Shown piece after piece: positions 37,152-51,040 of a stretch of DNA of 64,000 nt. The notes under the pieces are model-generated. The model saw nothing but the letters and a program-made list of their open reading frames with translations. It ran no database searches and was not told where the DNA came from. The position numbers and the translations under genes were made by a program. The stretch spans positions 21,266,001 to 21,330,000 of the forward strand of contig NC_082713.1 of NCBI RefSeq assembly GCF_030144855.1. Reading direction: 5' to 3'. Every line of letters begins with the position of its first letter. Position 1 is the first letter of the stretch. Source of the DNA: Hypanus sabinus (taxonomy: Eukaryota).

Positions 37152-39059
37152 ACTATGTCACTGAAGCAGGCCATCCCATTGGTCCTATTTGCTGTGTACA
37201 CTTGAAACTTATTCTCTCTTACATGATTGCTAATTCTCCTTTCGTTATTTCACTACTTACCTACATTAAGGAATAAATTAATGGTAGCTAAATAACATAC
37301 TTGTGCACATTTGGGATGTGAGAGGAAACCGGAGAAATCTGCAGAAACCAACAGCCTTATGCAGATGAACACCCAAGGTCAGGATTGAACCTGGATCCCT
37401 GGATCTGTACTTTGCCATCGTAATCATTCTGAAAAACAGCCTAAGTTGTAACATCTCTATTCTTCTGTGGGTATAATACCATCTCCAACAAGAGCAGTAA
37501 ATAAATATCCACTCCGCAGAAGTACTTTTAACGGATAGCTACATTAGATTTAACCTGAATCCAATATGTCTGGGAGTATTTCAAATGGACTACAAATATC
37601 CTTGTTTCAAACAATGATGTTATCGGGATAAAACCAGCTCACTTGCCAAGTGAAGGCTTTTACTGCTTGTTCCATAAAGTTCTCAGAAATTAATGAAGCA
37701 GTGTGAATTATGCAGCCCAAGTGCCTCACTATCAACTATTAGATGATATTTCTGGTAGGGAAATCTTCTTGGCAATCTCAAGTAGCAAAATCCACCTGCA
37801 AATAATCACTGCATTAGTAATAGTTCATTTCTGTATAAATAATTCAAGATATGATATGACTTGTTGAGTTAAATGTAAACTGTACATTGTAGAACTCTGA
37901 AATAAAAGCATAAAAGTTTGGATATTCACAATAGGCATTTAAAAGAGAACAATATATCAACATTTTAAGTGGCACTTTTAACCTGCACAGATGTATTTTG
38001 GTTGGAAGGGATTTCCTACTTAGAAGACTAGCAATCAGAATCAGAATCGGGTTTAATATCATTGGCATATGTCCTGGAATTTGTTGTTCTGCAACAGCTG
38101 CACATTGTAATATATAAAAATTATAAATAAGAATAAGAAATATATATATACACACACACACAAATTAAACTAAAGGAGTAGAGGAGAAAAAGAGCAAAAT
38201 AATAGTGAGGTAGCATTTATGGGTTGGTTCACTGTCTGTTCAGAGGTCTGATTAAATCAGGATATATATAAAGTGTAAGCTCTTGGAGGACCTCCAAATT
38301 TCCAGTTTAAGCCCAAAGTGATGAAGCAGAGTGAACATTAACTGTCACATTATATACGGCTGTCTAGTTCTTACACTAGTTCCTCGTTATTTGGTTTCCG
38401 TCTCGTCTCACACTTATAAATTCATTTTCTATAGCTCTAATTTTAATCAGAACCCATCTACAAAACTGGGGGTTATTTCTGTTGTTGCTTATGTGATGTT
38501 TTACCTGCAGATTGAAACATTAGGCTGGTATCCGATGTTGAGACTGGTGAGGAATTTAGATTCATGATGTTAAAATGACCTGAGATTAAACTAGTGAAGA
38601 TTCAGACGTTATTTGTCACAGGTACATCGAAACACAGTGAAGCATGCCTTTTGCATGAACAGCCAACACACCCAAGGATGTGCCAGAGGCAGCTGACAGG
38701 TGTCGCCACACACTCTGGGGCCAAGATGGCATGTCCTCAGCGTTCAGCAGAACAACACAGGCAGCAAAAGCAGAATAGCAAAACGAGGTTCTTTCTTGCC
38801 CGCCCATCCACACACTTACAGACCTCCAATCCCAGGAGTCCTTGGCACCATATATCAGGGGCTGGGTGGCATACTCATGCACCTACGTCTTATTTTTCCA
38901 TACATGACCTCAGGCCAATCAATACATGAACTTTTAACTGCTCTATAAAATGGCCTAGCTACCAATTAAGATAATGCATTTTGGATTTGTCATTGATATC
39001 CATGCCCTTGAATGAAAGGCCTCCCCCAATATTATCTGCTTGTCTTTTGAGAGGACAAA

Positions 39060-39588
39060 ATCATTAAAGGAAAGATGTGCTGCTGAGACTTTATAAGACA
39101 TTGGTTAGATTTCATTTGGAATATAGTGAGCAATTTTGGAGCCAGTAACTAAAGAGAGATATGCTGGCCCTGGTGAGTCCAGAGGAGATTCATAAGAATG
39201 AATAGGCTTAACCAGTTTGTGTCATGATAGAGTTCAGGAAGAGGAGGGGGATCTCAGTGAAATGTACTGGATACTGAAAAGCTTGGACAGAATAATCATG
39301 GAAAGGATCTTACTCTTAGTGAGAGAATCTAGGATCTAAGGGTGCACAAAATAAAGGGACCCTTTTGAAGCTGAGTTGAAAAATGTGGTGAATGTGTGGA
39401 ATTCATCGCCACAGAGGGCTGCTGAGGAAAATTCAGTGGGTGTATCAAAGGCAGTAATTGATAGGTTCTTGATTGGTAAGGGGAAGGCTGGAGAATGGGG
39501 CTTTATAAACAAATATGAATACATAGCAGAGCAGACTCGATGGACTGAATGGCTCAATTCTGCTCATAATCTTATGGCTTTATGGTGA
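39060..39588 (+). mobile_element. CR1 LINE 3' fragment, diverged
   Basis: LLRLYKTLVRFHLEY, VVNVWNSSPQRA, KAVIDRFLI motifs. Confidence 0.75.
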
Positions 39589-40454
39589 AATTAGTACTGT
39601 GATTTAAATTCCCTTGGAGTAGATGATTGGTTAGATCATAATTTGGCATTAATATTTAGTGTTAGCAAATTTCAAATTTCTGGACACAAAGCAAGTATGC
39701 AAATTATACCTGGGATACTGGCAAAAATTTATTCTTGTTACTGTAAACAATCAAATATCAAAGAAAGCTAAAAAAAACTTCATATATCTGAACCCTTTGC
39801 AAGCCTCTGGAGATAAACTTCCCTCTGTTCCTGCAAGTGAACAGAATGGACAGTTAGCCATTTATAGAGCTGGAAGATGTTTATGTGCAGATTGAGGCTG
39901 GTTTGCTCCATTAAACATTGGCTGCCTTCACCCATTTAAATCAAATGTTTATGTTTTAAATAACCACTGTCATTTGATTTTGAGTTTGCCTGCCTTAATT
40001 GAGTGGAAATATATCAATGGCCTTTCACCTAGATTGTGAGGGAGATCCTAATCAGGGCATCAAGCTTTTTGAAAGCTACTCTGTTCGATAAGAAAACATT
40101 TCTTTCACCCAGCTGACTACAAAAGGAATGCAAAAAAATGGTAATATCTTGAAATTCTGACAATCAAGTAAAGGGCTGCCGGGTATTCCCATGAGAAATA
40201 ATAAGGCATTTTTTTGCAATTATTATGACTGCCTAGAAAAAGGCCTTTAGAAATTAAAAGTTCCACTGGGTGAATTAATGCAATTAATGTGAACATTATT
40301 TCTAAGTGCTCTACAGTAGTTTTGAAATGACTTGTGGTGGAGAGATTTTAATAGTTTCAAAATGAGAACTACAGATATAAAGGAACATCCTTTTGTCTTC
40401 TCCTTACCCTCTTGTTCCTCTTTAGACTGTGAAAAAAATGAACAAGGGGTAGTA

Positions 40455-40990
40455 ATCCAGTGCAACACACATGGAAAGCCGGAGGAAATCAGCAGGCCAG
40501 GCAGCATCTATAAAGAGGAGTAAACAGGTGATCTTTTGGGTTGAGACTCTCCATTGGTAATGGAAAGGAAAGGGGTGGAAACTAGAATAGGAAGGTGGAA
40601 GGAGGAGGATTACAAGCTGGCAGGTGACAGGTGAGAGCAGGTGAGGGGGAAGGATGACTGGTGGGATGTGAGAAGCTGGGAGGTGATGGATGGAAGAGGT
40701 AAAGGGTTGAAGAAGAGGGAATCTGAGAGGAGATAACAGTGGACTATGGGAGAAAGTGAGGGAGGAAGAGAACCAGAGGGAGCTGATGGGCAGGTGGGGA
40801 GAAGTGAAGAGGTAAGAGGGAAGCCGGAATGGAGAATAGAAAAAGAGAGAAGTGGGAGAGGGAGTAATTACTAGAACTCAGAGAAACCGATGTTCCTATT
40901 ATCAGGTTGGAGGCCACCCAGACAGAATATAAGTTGACGCTCCTCCAAACACAGGGAGGTTTCATTGTGACGACAGAGGAGATCATGTCA
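40455..40990 (-). mobile_element. Penelope-like 3' fragment
   Basis: Collinear with 12625-13180; hammerhead decayed at about 40525-40560. Confidence 0.8.
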
Positions 40991-41454
40991 TAATATACGT
41001 TGTAAGGAATTTGTATGTTCTCCACTTGACAGGCGGGTTTCCTCAGGATGCTGTGATTTCCTCCCACTTTCCAAATATATATGCATTAGTAGATTAATTA
41101 GACAGCATGGGCTTGTTAGGCTGGAATTTAAAAAAAACCTCTCAAGATGGCTAGTTTTCAGATTCACCTCCAGTGAAGCATCTTGCAATGTTTTGTCATG
41201 TTGAAGGTAGTTGTTGATATTAATAGTTCACGTTCACAAATGCTGTTTGGCTGAGAGCATTTCCTGATTCTAATTGGCTATATGTTAACAGTGTTTGTGG
41301 GCTTTACATTAAACTCTGGCCGCCTCGTCAACTTTCCAAGCATGGAGAAAGAAGGGAGGAGGTTTTCTCCGTTCCCCATTTACATTAAACGATATCACAT
41401 CGAAATAAGAGGAAGAACCTTATCGCCTGTTGAAATCCCATAAACTGAAAAGGG

Positions 41455-41720
41455 AAGAGGTTAGTTAGTGTGACACTATTAGCGATCAGGGTGTCCTGGA
41501 GTTCAGAGTTCAATTCAGGTGCTGTCTGTAAGGAGTTTGTACTTTCTTCCCATGAACACGCGGGTTCCCTCCCATATTTCAAACGTGTCCAGGTTCATAG
41601 GCTAATCATTCATTGTAAATTGTCCTGTGATTAGGCTAGAGTTAAATAGGTGTGTTACTGGGCGGTTGAGCTCATTGGACCAGAAGGACCTGCTTTGTGC
41701 TGTATCGCATAATAAATAAA
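41455..41720 (+). mobile_element. V-SINE/HE1-like SINE
   Basis: gttcaattc B-box-like motif; gctgtctgtaaggagtttgtac central domain. Confidence 0.7.
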
Positions 41721-43294
41721 TCATATTAAACACTAGATATCCATTGAAATGTTAATCTGTAAGGCAATGAGGGTCTGGAAAATGACGGGGGCAGCTAATC
41801 CATACAAACATCTTTCAATATCTTAACAGAAAGGAAGCAGCGAAAGCATTGTTAAAAAAAGATGAGCATGAAATAGTTTATAACCTACTCTAAATGATTA
41901 TTTCCTCCAAAGTATTCACAAGGTAAGGTAAGGTATCGTCTCCAAAATATATATTAGAATAACATCAATTGCATCTCAAATGGCATTGAAATCACAAACG
42001 GGCTGAAAGGACTCAAAATAAAATCATCAGGCATAAATGCTTTTTATTGCAAATGTGGAGGGACACTGGAGAGAGATGCTGTAAGAACTTGCAATTATTA
42101 TGATTGAGTCAACAGATTCTGTGGACAGCTACCATTAAATTTCTAAAAAGCTAGATGTTTAAGGTCTAACAGACAGAACGAGGCAATGACAAACCCATTA
42201 GTCTAAATCCCTCTCTGTAAAAATTAATTCTCTGAGTAAACCTAATGATGTCTGTAATGCAGGAACATAGATAATAGATTCATGGGAATAATGTATTGGC
42301 AAACTCCTCCTTTCATGAAGGAGCAATGGATTTTGTGACTTCCCATTGACTTTTGATAACGTTCCCCCACAAAAGTTCTTTAATTGCTCTCAACTATGCC
42401 GTTTAAAAGTGAACCCAGAGGACCAATAAGTAATCTGACTGAAACAGAGAGAAACATTTGCTCCAAGACATTTCTGTGAGTTGCATTCCATGTGGACCGG
42501 GGGGAAAGGACACACCAGTGGTCATCTGTACAGGTATTAGAAGAACCATTTCCCTGGGTTCATCACATGTACACCTGGTATGAAGCAAACACAGAATGAG
42601 AACATATTACCGTCAGGATACTCAGAAATCCTACTGTGGTCATTTCAGATAAAGCGTGACGTGTAGTGCATTAACTTGCTTATTCCCACATAAATTTGCT
42701 GTGGATTTGTTATTTTTGGCTGATATTAAGAGTATTTATTTGACACAAGGCTTAGGCTTTGAGAAGGAGAGAATGAGAAAGGTCAATATTCCACAGCTCC
42801 AGGTTCCCAAATTTGATATTGACTTTCTTCTCTTGAATCAATGGGTTTCCTCAATGCATCCAGTTTCCTCCAATGGTGTGTTAGTTAGTTAAGTAGGAAA
42901 CTATTCCTTAACATAGTTTAATGTTAAAAAAACCCAAATGGAAATGAACAATATGTGCGAGAAAGTAAGGTCCAGAGGAATGGAGAAATGAAGAGGGGGG
43001 TGTATGGGACCAATGGGATTTCTCCCATTGGAGCCAGAATGGATCCAATGAACTGAATGGCCGCTGTCTGTATTGTTCTGAGTACGTTAAACTGAGTTCT
43101 GTAAGGATAGAGTGGAAGGAACCCTTGTCTGAACACAGTGAGAAAAACAAGGAGGAAAATAGCATGAAGCAGCATAAAGCTGGAATTGAAGAAAACTGAA
43201 GGAGTACAAAGGGAATGTCTCATTCACAGGAAGTGCTTTACATTATTGCATTAGAATAAGGAGATGGGAAATTCAACAAAACTGCAGGGACTTG

Positions 43295-43918
43295 AAATTC
43301 AAAGATTCAAAGTACATTTATTATTTAAGTATATATGCAGCATACAATCCTAAGATTCGTTTTCCCACAGACAGCCATGAAACTAAGAAAACCATGGAAC
43401 CTGTTCAAGGAAAAATAACAAACTCCCAACATGCAAAAAAAAGAACACATCACGCAAATGACAAAAAAAAGAGTGAAAAACACAGAACACAAAACACCTC
43501 TTGCATATTTTACAGATGTACAGTGGAGACTTCTTCCCCACCTGGTATGGGGCTCTAATGCACAGGATTGAAAGAGGCTACAGAAGGTTTCAGACTCTGC
43601 TAGCTCCTCCATGGCACCACCAGTGCTTCAAGAAGGTGGCATCCATTATTAAGGACCCTCACCATCGGGACATGCCCTCTTTTTATTACTATCATAAGGG
43701 AGGAGGTACAGGATCCTGAAGACTCACACTCAGTGTTTAGTAACAGCTTTTTCCCCTCTGTCATCACATTTCTGAATGGTGTATGAGCTAATGCACTACC
43801 TTGTTATTCCTCTTGTAGATTGTTTATTTATTTCTGTAACTTTATGTCTTATACTGAACTGCTGATGCAAGACAACACTTTTCATGACGTATATCCGTGA
43901 TAATAAAGCTGATTCTGA
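43295..43918. mobile_element. Two Rex1-like 3' ends in opposite orientation
   Basis: Minus tail from 43295 (aaattcaaagattcaaagtac); plus fragment 43500-43918 CFKKVASIIKDPHH ending ctgattctga. Confidence 0.65.
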
Positions 43919-44134
43919 CATTAAGACTTCTTACTTAGCTCAGTGTTGTGTAGTGTCAGGATACCAGTGTACTTCAGACAGGGGAAAGCAGCTAAAGAGA
44001 AAAGACAGATATCGTCAAAAGGAAATAGCAATTATTTCCCTTACATTGAACCAGCCTCTCCAAACTGAAGTAAGGAGCACCTTCTCACATGGAGTTTATA
44101 AGCGCAATTCCGTTAATTACAGTGCAAGTCAAAC

Positions 44135-45375
44135 CATAAGACCGTAAGACCATATGACTTAGGAGCAGATTTAAGTCAGTCAGCCCATTGAGTTTGCTCT
44201 ACCATTCCTTTTATTATCCGTCTCAACCCTATTCTCCAGCTTTCTCCATGTAAACTTTTGACACCCTTACTAATCAAGTATTTATCCACCTCTCCTTTAA
44301 ATATACCCAATAATTTGGCCCCCACAAGGAATTCCACAGACTCATCACCGTCTGGCTAAACAAACTCAATCTCATTTCTGTTCTAAAGAGGCATCCTGGT
44401 ATTGTGAGGATGTTTCCTCTGGTCCCGCACTCCCCCACAATTGGCACCATTCTCTCCATATCCACTCTATCTAGGCCTTTCAAGATTCAGTGTTTCAATG
44501 AGAACCCCACCCCCCCCATTCTTCTAAACCTCCAGTAAATAGAGGCCCAATGCTATTAAAGCTTCCTCATAAATTAATCCTTTCATCCTAGGGATCATTC
44601 TCGTAAACCTCCTTCGGGCTCTCTCCAATACCAGCACATACTGTACTTTGTTAGATCATTAGTTTGTTATGTGCTGTATCACATGATATAAGCGATCATG
44701 GTCTTTCTCTGATCATGATTGTTTTAGCAACTTTTTCTAAATGAAGTGGTACGCCTTTGCTTCTTCTGGACAGTGCCTTTACGAGACGGATGACCCCAGC
44801 TATTATCAATATTCTTCAGAAATTGTCTGCCTGGCTGGCATTAGTGGTCACATAACCAGGCCTTGTGATATGAACCAGCTGCTCATACAACCAGCCCCCA
44901 CCTGCTCCCATGGCTTCACGTGACCGTGATCCTGATCGCGGGGCTGAGCAGGTGCTGCGCCTTGCTCACGGGTGACCTGCAGGCTAGCGGAGGGAAGGAT
45001 CACCCTACACCTTCTTTGGTAGAGCCGTATCTCCATCCTGCCACCCGTTTGTTAGATAAGGAATCCAAAACTACTTACAATACTCCAAGTTCAGTCTGAC
45101 CAAAACCTTATAAAGCCTCAGCATTACACCTTTGCTTTTACTTTCTAGTCTTCTTGAAATTTATTCTAACATTGCATGTTCCTTCCTTACCACTGACTCA
45201 ACCTACAAGTGAATCTTGCATGAGCACTCCATAGTCTCTTTGCACCTTTGATTTCTGAATTTGGTCCCTGTTTAGAAAACAGTCTACGCCTTTATTCCTC
45301 TAGTAAAGTGTGTGACCATCCATTTCCCTACACTGTATTCCATCTGCTACTTCTTTACCCATTCTTCCCAAACTG
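44135..45375 (-). mobile_element. CR1 LINE fragment interrupted at 44657-45047
   Basis: ORF 44274-44483 MKGLDRVDMERMVPIVGECGTRG...SLWNSL; CR1 sequence resumes after the insert. Confidence 0.8.
44657..45047 (-). mobile_element. Short non-coding retroposon with RTE/BovB-like 3' part and 10-bp TSD
   Basis: Exact TSD TTTGTTAGAT (44647-44656, 45048-45057); minus-strand gaagcaaaggcgtaccactt resembles the RTE-family GAAGGCAATGGCAAACCAC motif. Confidence 0.7.
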
Positions 45376-48320
45376 TCCAACTCAAACATTGAATTGTCCC
45401 TTTCTATTAAATTTAAGTTGTACATTTGAATAGGATTTGTCCTCCTTCCATTAGATTCAATAATTACATTCTATTTTTCAAAAGATTCAAAGTATATTTA
45501 TTATCAAGGTATGTATGCAGAATGGAATCCTGAGGTTTGTCTTCCCCACAGACAGCCACAAAACAAAGAAAACCTTGGAAGCTGCTCAGAGAAAAAGTTA
45601 TCAACACCCCACACGTTCAAAAAACTGATCACGGAAACAACATCAAAAAAGAACGAGCAAGAAACACAGAATATATATCACAGGATCAACAGAGTCCACG
45701 TTCAGACCAGTTCACTGTTCATCATCTGCAGACTGACCCAATTCAGATTTGGCCAAAATATCAATAGAAAAAGGGGTGACTAGAAACTAGAAACACAACA
45801 TAATGTGAACTACAATCTGCAGGTCCAGAATGTCAGCACCATCCTCCAACAGCATCGAGGGAGAAGGAGATCATTTTCCTGTGTTATAGCATTGGTGACT
45901 TAACTTGGGATATTGATTTGCTTAAGGATTATTCTCTCATTTAACACTATTTGTTACGAGTGGCCAAAGATACGTCTTACTATTTTATTCTCTAGACTGC
46001 ATTGGAACCAAAGGATGCCCACTTAGAGGAGGCCAACAAGCCCTGAGGCCTATGGGACTCTGGGCCAAAACCTGCCAACACCTTTAGGAAATGACTTTGG
46101 AGAAACAGATAGGATTATATTTACATTTTTGTTTACCTAACAGATATATTTTATATCTGTTAAATGAAATAAGAACTGTAGTACAGCGCGATTCCAAAAT
46201 ATGACACTTAACTGATTCCAAAAGATCCCTGAAAAATGCTACGTTGCAGCTTTGTCTGTGATTACCTTAAACATAAGCACAGCTTTGATTCTCTTTTCTG
46301 TGTCCCGTAAAATCTGTTTGAACCTATATATATGGGCCTGAGGAATTATACTAGTATTGACCTTGTGGGATTTACATGGCAGTCATGTTAATCCCATTTC
46401 CAATATTTCTGGGACTCTAAGGAGTAAATTTGATTTTCATTTCCCTTATTCCATTACAGACTGGGAATGTGTCAAGATTTGAACATGCCAGGCTCACATG
46501 GTAAGCACTTTAACACAAATGGGTCAATGCAAGCAGGATCAAAAGCTGATAAACAGAATGAAATATATTCTGTCTCTGCTTTTCCCCATTTAAGAACTTA
46601 GAACAGTAAAGCACTGTAGGGACACTTCAGCCCACATTATTGTGCCAACCTTTTAACCTACTCTAAGATCAAGCTAACCCTTCCCTCTCACATAGCCCTC
46701 CATTTTTTTTCATCCATGTGCGTTTCTAAGAGTCTGCTAAATATCCCTAAGGTACCTGCCTCTAACATTATTCCTGGAAGCACGTTCCCCACACTGACCA
46801 CTCAGTGTAAAAAGTCTACCTCGAACATCCCCCTTATACTTTACTCCAATTATCGTAAAATTATGTTAGCCATTTCTGTCCTGGGAAAAAGTCTCTGGCT
46901 ATCCACACTATCTATGTGTTTTATCATCTTGTTCCAAAAAGAAATGCCCTAGCTTGCTTCATAACAAAGGAATAAAGTCTGGATAGATCATTGTGAAGGA
47001 AAATCAATCTCCTCCCTTGCTTCCCAAAGTATTCTGGGTTATATTCCATATTGCTCCAGGACCTATTATCCTAACTTTATTTTTCAAATGTTCCAGCACA
47101 TCCTTTTTCTCACCTTCAACATGGTCCATCGTTTCAGCCTGTTTTACTCAGCCCTTGTATTTGTCAAGGTCCCTCTTACTTGTTGATACTGAAACAAAAT
47201 ATTCATTAAGGACCTCGTCTACACCTCCAATTTCATGCATATTCCCTCTTCCTTCCGTAATTGGTTCTACCCACGTTATAATCATTCTCCTGTTCTTCAT
47301 GTACATGTGGAATGCCTTTGGGTTTTCCTTAATCCCACTCGCTTTCTCATGCCTCCTTCTAGCTCTCCTAAGTCCATTCTTCAGCTCCTTCCTGACTACC
47401 TTGTAGCTCTCCAGAGCCCTTTCTGATCCTTGCTTCCTAATTCTTAAGTAACCTTCTTTCTTCCTCTTGATTAGATGTTCCACATCTCTTGCCAACCCTG
47501 TCTGAATAGGACAAACTTATCCAGACCTCCCAGCAAGTGCTCCCTAAAGAATTTTACGTTTCTGTTGTGCATTTCCCTGAGTACATCTATTCTCAGTTAC
47601 CCTCCCAAGTTCCTGCCTAAGCATCATTCACCCTCCCCATGTAAATACTTTCCCATACTGACTGCTCCTATCATTCTCCAAGGCACCAGATCCAGATTGG
47701 CCTTTCCTCCAGTCAGCTAGTCTGCATATTGTGTTAAAAGTCTTTCCTGGACACACTTAACACATTCCACCCCACGTTTTTGCACTAAGGGAGATGCCAA
47801 TCAATATTCGGGAAGTTGACGTCACCCTTTGACTGCAACCTGGTTATTTTTGCACATTGCAAAAATCCGACTCTTGATCTGCTCCTCGGTGTCTGTGAGG
47901 CTACTTGGGGGTGGGGGGAGGTGGTTCTATAGAATACTCCCAATAGAGTGATTGTTTCCTTCCTATTTCTGGCTCCACTCACACTGACTCAGTAGACAAT
48001 CCCTCCACAACCTCCTCTCTTTCTGCAGCTATGATACTATCCCCGATTAGCAATGCCACCCTGCCACCACCTCTTTCACCTCCCTCCCTGTCGCTTTTGA
48101 AACATATACACCCCGAAACACTGGCACCTATCCTTGCCCTTGTGACAGCCAGATCTCTGTAACGGCCACAGTATCGTAATTCCATGCACTGACTCATGCT
48201 CTAAGCTCAACACTCTTGTTCCTGGTACCACTTGCATTAAAATGGGTGCACTTCAACGTGTCCATCTGACTGTAATTGCCCCCTATTGGTTACAATGCGT
48301 GCAGCAAGAACAACAACGGA

Positions 48321-51040
48321 GAACCAGAATCAGGTTTGATTGCATTGGCGTATGTTGTGAAAATTGTTGACTTTGCAGCAGCGGCATAATGCAATAGACA
48401 ATAACAGAGATTATGAGTGGCAGCAATGCTTCACTACCAGATGAACTCAACACCTTCTATCCACGCTTTGAAAGGGAGAACACAACTACAGCTGTGAAGA
48501 TCCCTGCTGCTCCTGATGACTCTGTGATCTCCGTCTCAGAGGCTGATGTTAGGCTGTTTTTAAAGAGTGTGAACCCTCGCAAAGGTTCCGGTGGAGTACC
48601 TAGTATGGCTCTGAAAACCTGTGCCAACTAACTAGCGGCAGTATTCAAGGACATTTTCAACCTCTGAATACTACAGGCAGAATTTCCCACTTGCTGCAAA
48701 AAGGCAACAATTATACCAATGCCAAAGAAGAATAATGTGGGCTGCCTTAATGACTATCGCCCGATAGCACTCACATCGATAGTGATGAAATGCTTTGAGA
48801 GGCTGGTCATAACTAGACTGAACTCCTGCCTCAGCAAGGACCTGGACCCATTGTAATTTGCCTATCATCACAATAGGTCAATGGCTCTTCACATGGCTTT
48901 AGACCACCTAGACAACACAAACACCTACGTCATTTAATACCATCATTCTCACAATCCTAATTGAGAAGTTACAGAACCTGTGCCTCTGTACCTCCCTCTG
49001 TAATTAGATCCTCGACTTCCTAACCAGAAGACAACAGTCTGTGCAGATTGGTGATAACATATCCTCCTCGGTGACGATCAACACTGGCACACCTCAGGGG
49101 TGTGTGCTTAGCCCACTGCTCTACACATGACTGTGTGGTTAAGCATAGCTCAAATATCATCTACAAATTTGCTGATGATATGATTGTTGATAGAATTTCA
49201 GGTGGTGACGAGAGGGTGTACAGGAGTGAGATATGCCAACTAGTGGAGTGGTGCTGCAGCAACAACTTGGCACTCAACGCCAGCAAGACAAAAGAGCTGA
49301 TTGTGGACTTCAGGAAGGGTAAGACGAAGGAACACACACCAATCCTCAAAGAGGGATCAGAAGTGGACAGAGTGAGAAGCTTCAAGTTCCTGGGTGTCAA
49401 GATCTCTGAGGATCTAACCTGGTCCCAACACATTGATGCGTCATAAAGAAGGCAAGACTGCGGCTATACTTTATTAGAAGTTTGAAGCGATTTGATATGT
49501 CAACAAATACACTCAAAAACTTCTATAGTCGTACCATGGAGAGCATTCTAACAGGCTGCATCACTGTCTGGTATGGAGGGGCTACTGCACAGGACCAAAA
49601 GAAGCTGAAGAAGGTTGTAAATCTAGTCAGCTCCATCTTGGGCACTACCTTACAAAGTAACCAGGTCATCTTTAGGGAGTGGTGTCTCAGAAACGCAGCA
49701 TCCATTATTAAGGACTTCCAGCACCCAGGGCGTGTCCTTTTCTCACTGTTACCATCAGGCAGGAGGCACAGAAGCCTGAAGGCACTCACTCAGCGATTCA
49801 GGAACAGCTTCTTCCCCTCTGCCATCCGATTCCTGAATGAGACATTGAAGCTTTGGACACTACCTCACCTTTTTAATATACAGTATTTCTGTTTTTGCAC
49901 AATTTTTAATAATCTATTCAATATATGTAATTGATTTACTTGTTTATTTATTATGTTTTATTTTATTTATTATTATTTTTCTCTCTCTGCTCGATTATGT
50001 ATTGTATGGAACTGCTGCTGCTAAGTTAACAAATTTCTCGTCACATGCTGATGATAGTAAACCTGATTCTGATTCTGAATTACAATAAGTATATTAAATA
50101 GTTAAATTAAATAAGTAGTGCAAAAAATAGAAAAAAAATATAGTGAGGTAGTGTTCAAAGCTTCAATGTCTCATTTAGGAATTGGATGGCAGAGGGGAAG
50201 AAGCGTTTTCTCAATCACAGTAAGCGTGCAATATCACACTTTTGTACCTCATTCCTGATGGTAACAATGAGAACAAGACATGACCTGGGTGATGATCTCC
50301 TTAGTGATGGACGCCTCCTTTTCCAGGCATCGCTCCTTGAATACTACTGGATACTACGAAGGCTAGAGCTCATTATGGAGCTGACAAAGATTGCAACATT
50401 CTGCAACTTCCTTCGATCTTGTGCACCCCCATACTGGACAGTGTTGCAACCACTGAGAATGCTCTCTGTGGTACATCGGTAAAAATTGTCAAGTGTCTTT
50501 TGAGATATACCAAATCGTCTCAAACTCCTAACGAAATATAATCACTGTCTTGCCTCCTTAGTAGCTGCATCAATATGTTGGGTCCAAGTTAGATCCTCGG
50601 GGATATTGATATTGACATCCAAGAACTTGAAATTGCTCACTCTTTCCACTTCTAATCCCTCTGAGGACTGGTGTGTGCTTCCTCATCTTACCCTCTCTGA
50701 AGTCCACAATCAGTTCTTTGGACTTACAGACATTGAATGCAAGGTTGTTTCTATGACACCACTCAATTAGCTGATACAACTGACAACTCTATACCCTTCC
50801 GTCACCATTTGAAATTCGGTTAACGATGGTTGTATCATCAGCAAATTTATAGATGGGAACTGAGCTGTGCCTGGCTACACAGTCATGAGTGTGGAGAGAA
50901 TAGAGCAGTGGGCTACGCACACATCACTGAGATGTTCCAGTGTTGATTGGCAGTGAGAAGAAGACATTGTTTTGGATCCGCACAGATTGTGGTCTACTGG
51001 TTAGGAAGTTGTGGATCCAGTTTCAGAGGGAGGTACAGCA
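48321..51040 (-). mobile_element. Rex1-like LINE (minus): tail at 48321-48410, body at 50078-51040
   Basis: Antisense IYKFADDTTIV, QLIEWCHRNNLAFNVCKSKELIVDFR; 3' UTR continues across the nested plus copy. Confidence 0.8.
48410..50077 (+). mobile_element. Rex1/Babar-like LINE, 5'-truncated, with 3' tail
   Basis: LPDELNTFYPRFE, YKFADD, LNASKTKELIVDFRK, ESILTGCITVWYG, RFRNSFFPSAIRFLN; tail (ATTCTG)n; same family as 3745-5090. Confidence 0.92.

Noticed and set aside
42403-42588. Possible host exon on the minus strand
   Set aside because: Plausible acceptor, but no recognisable peptide and no convincing donor.
44960-45047. HDV-like ribozyme at the 5' end of the RTE-tailed element
   Set aside because: A P1-like 7-bp pairing exists, but P2, P3 and J4/2 could not be assigned consistently.
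46138-46162. 11-bp AT-rich hairpin taacagatata-ttt-tatatctgtta
   Set aside because: Isolated, with no supporting context; may occur by chance in AT-rich DNA.
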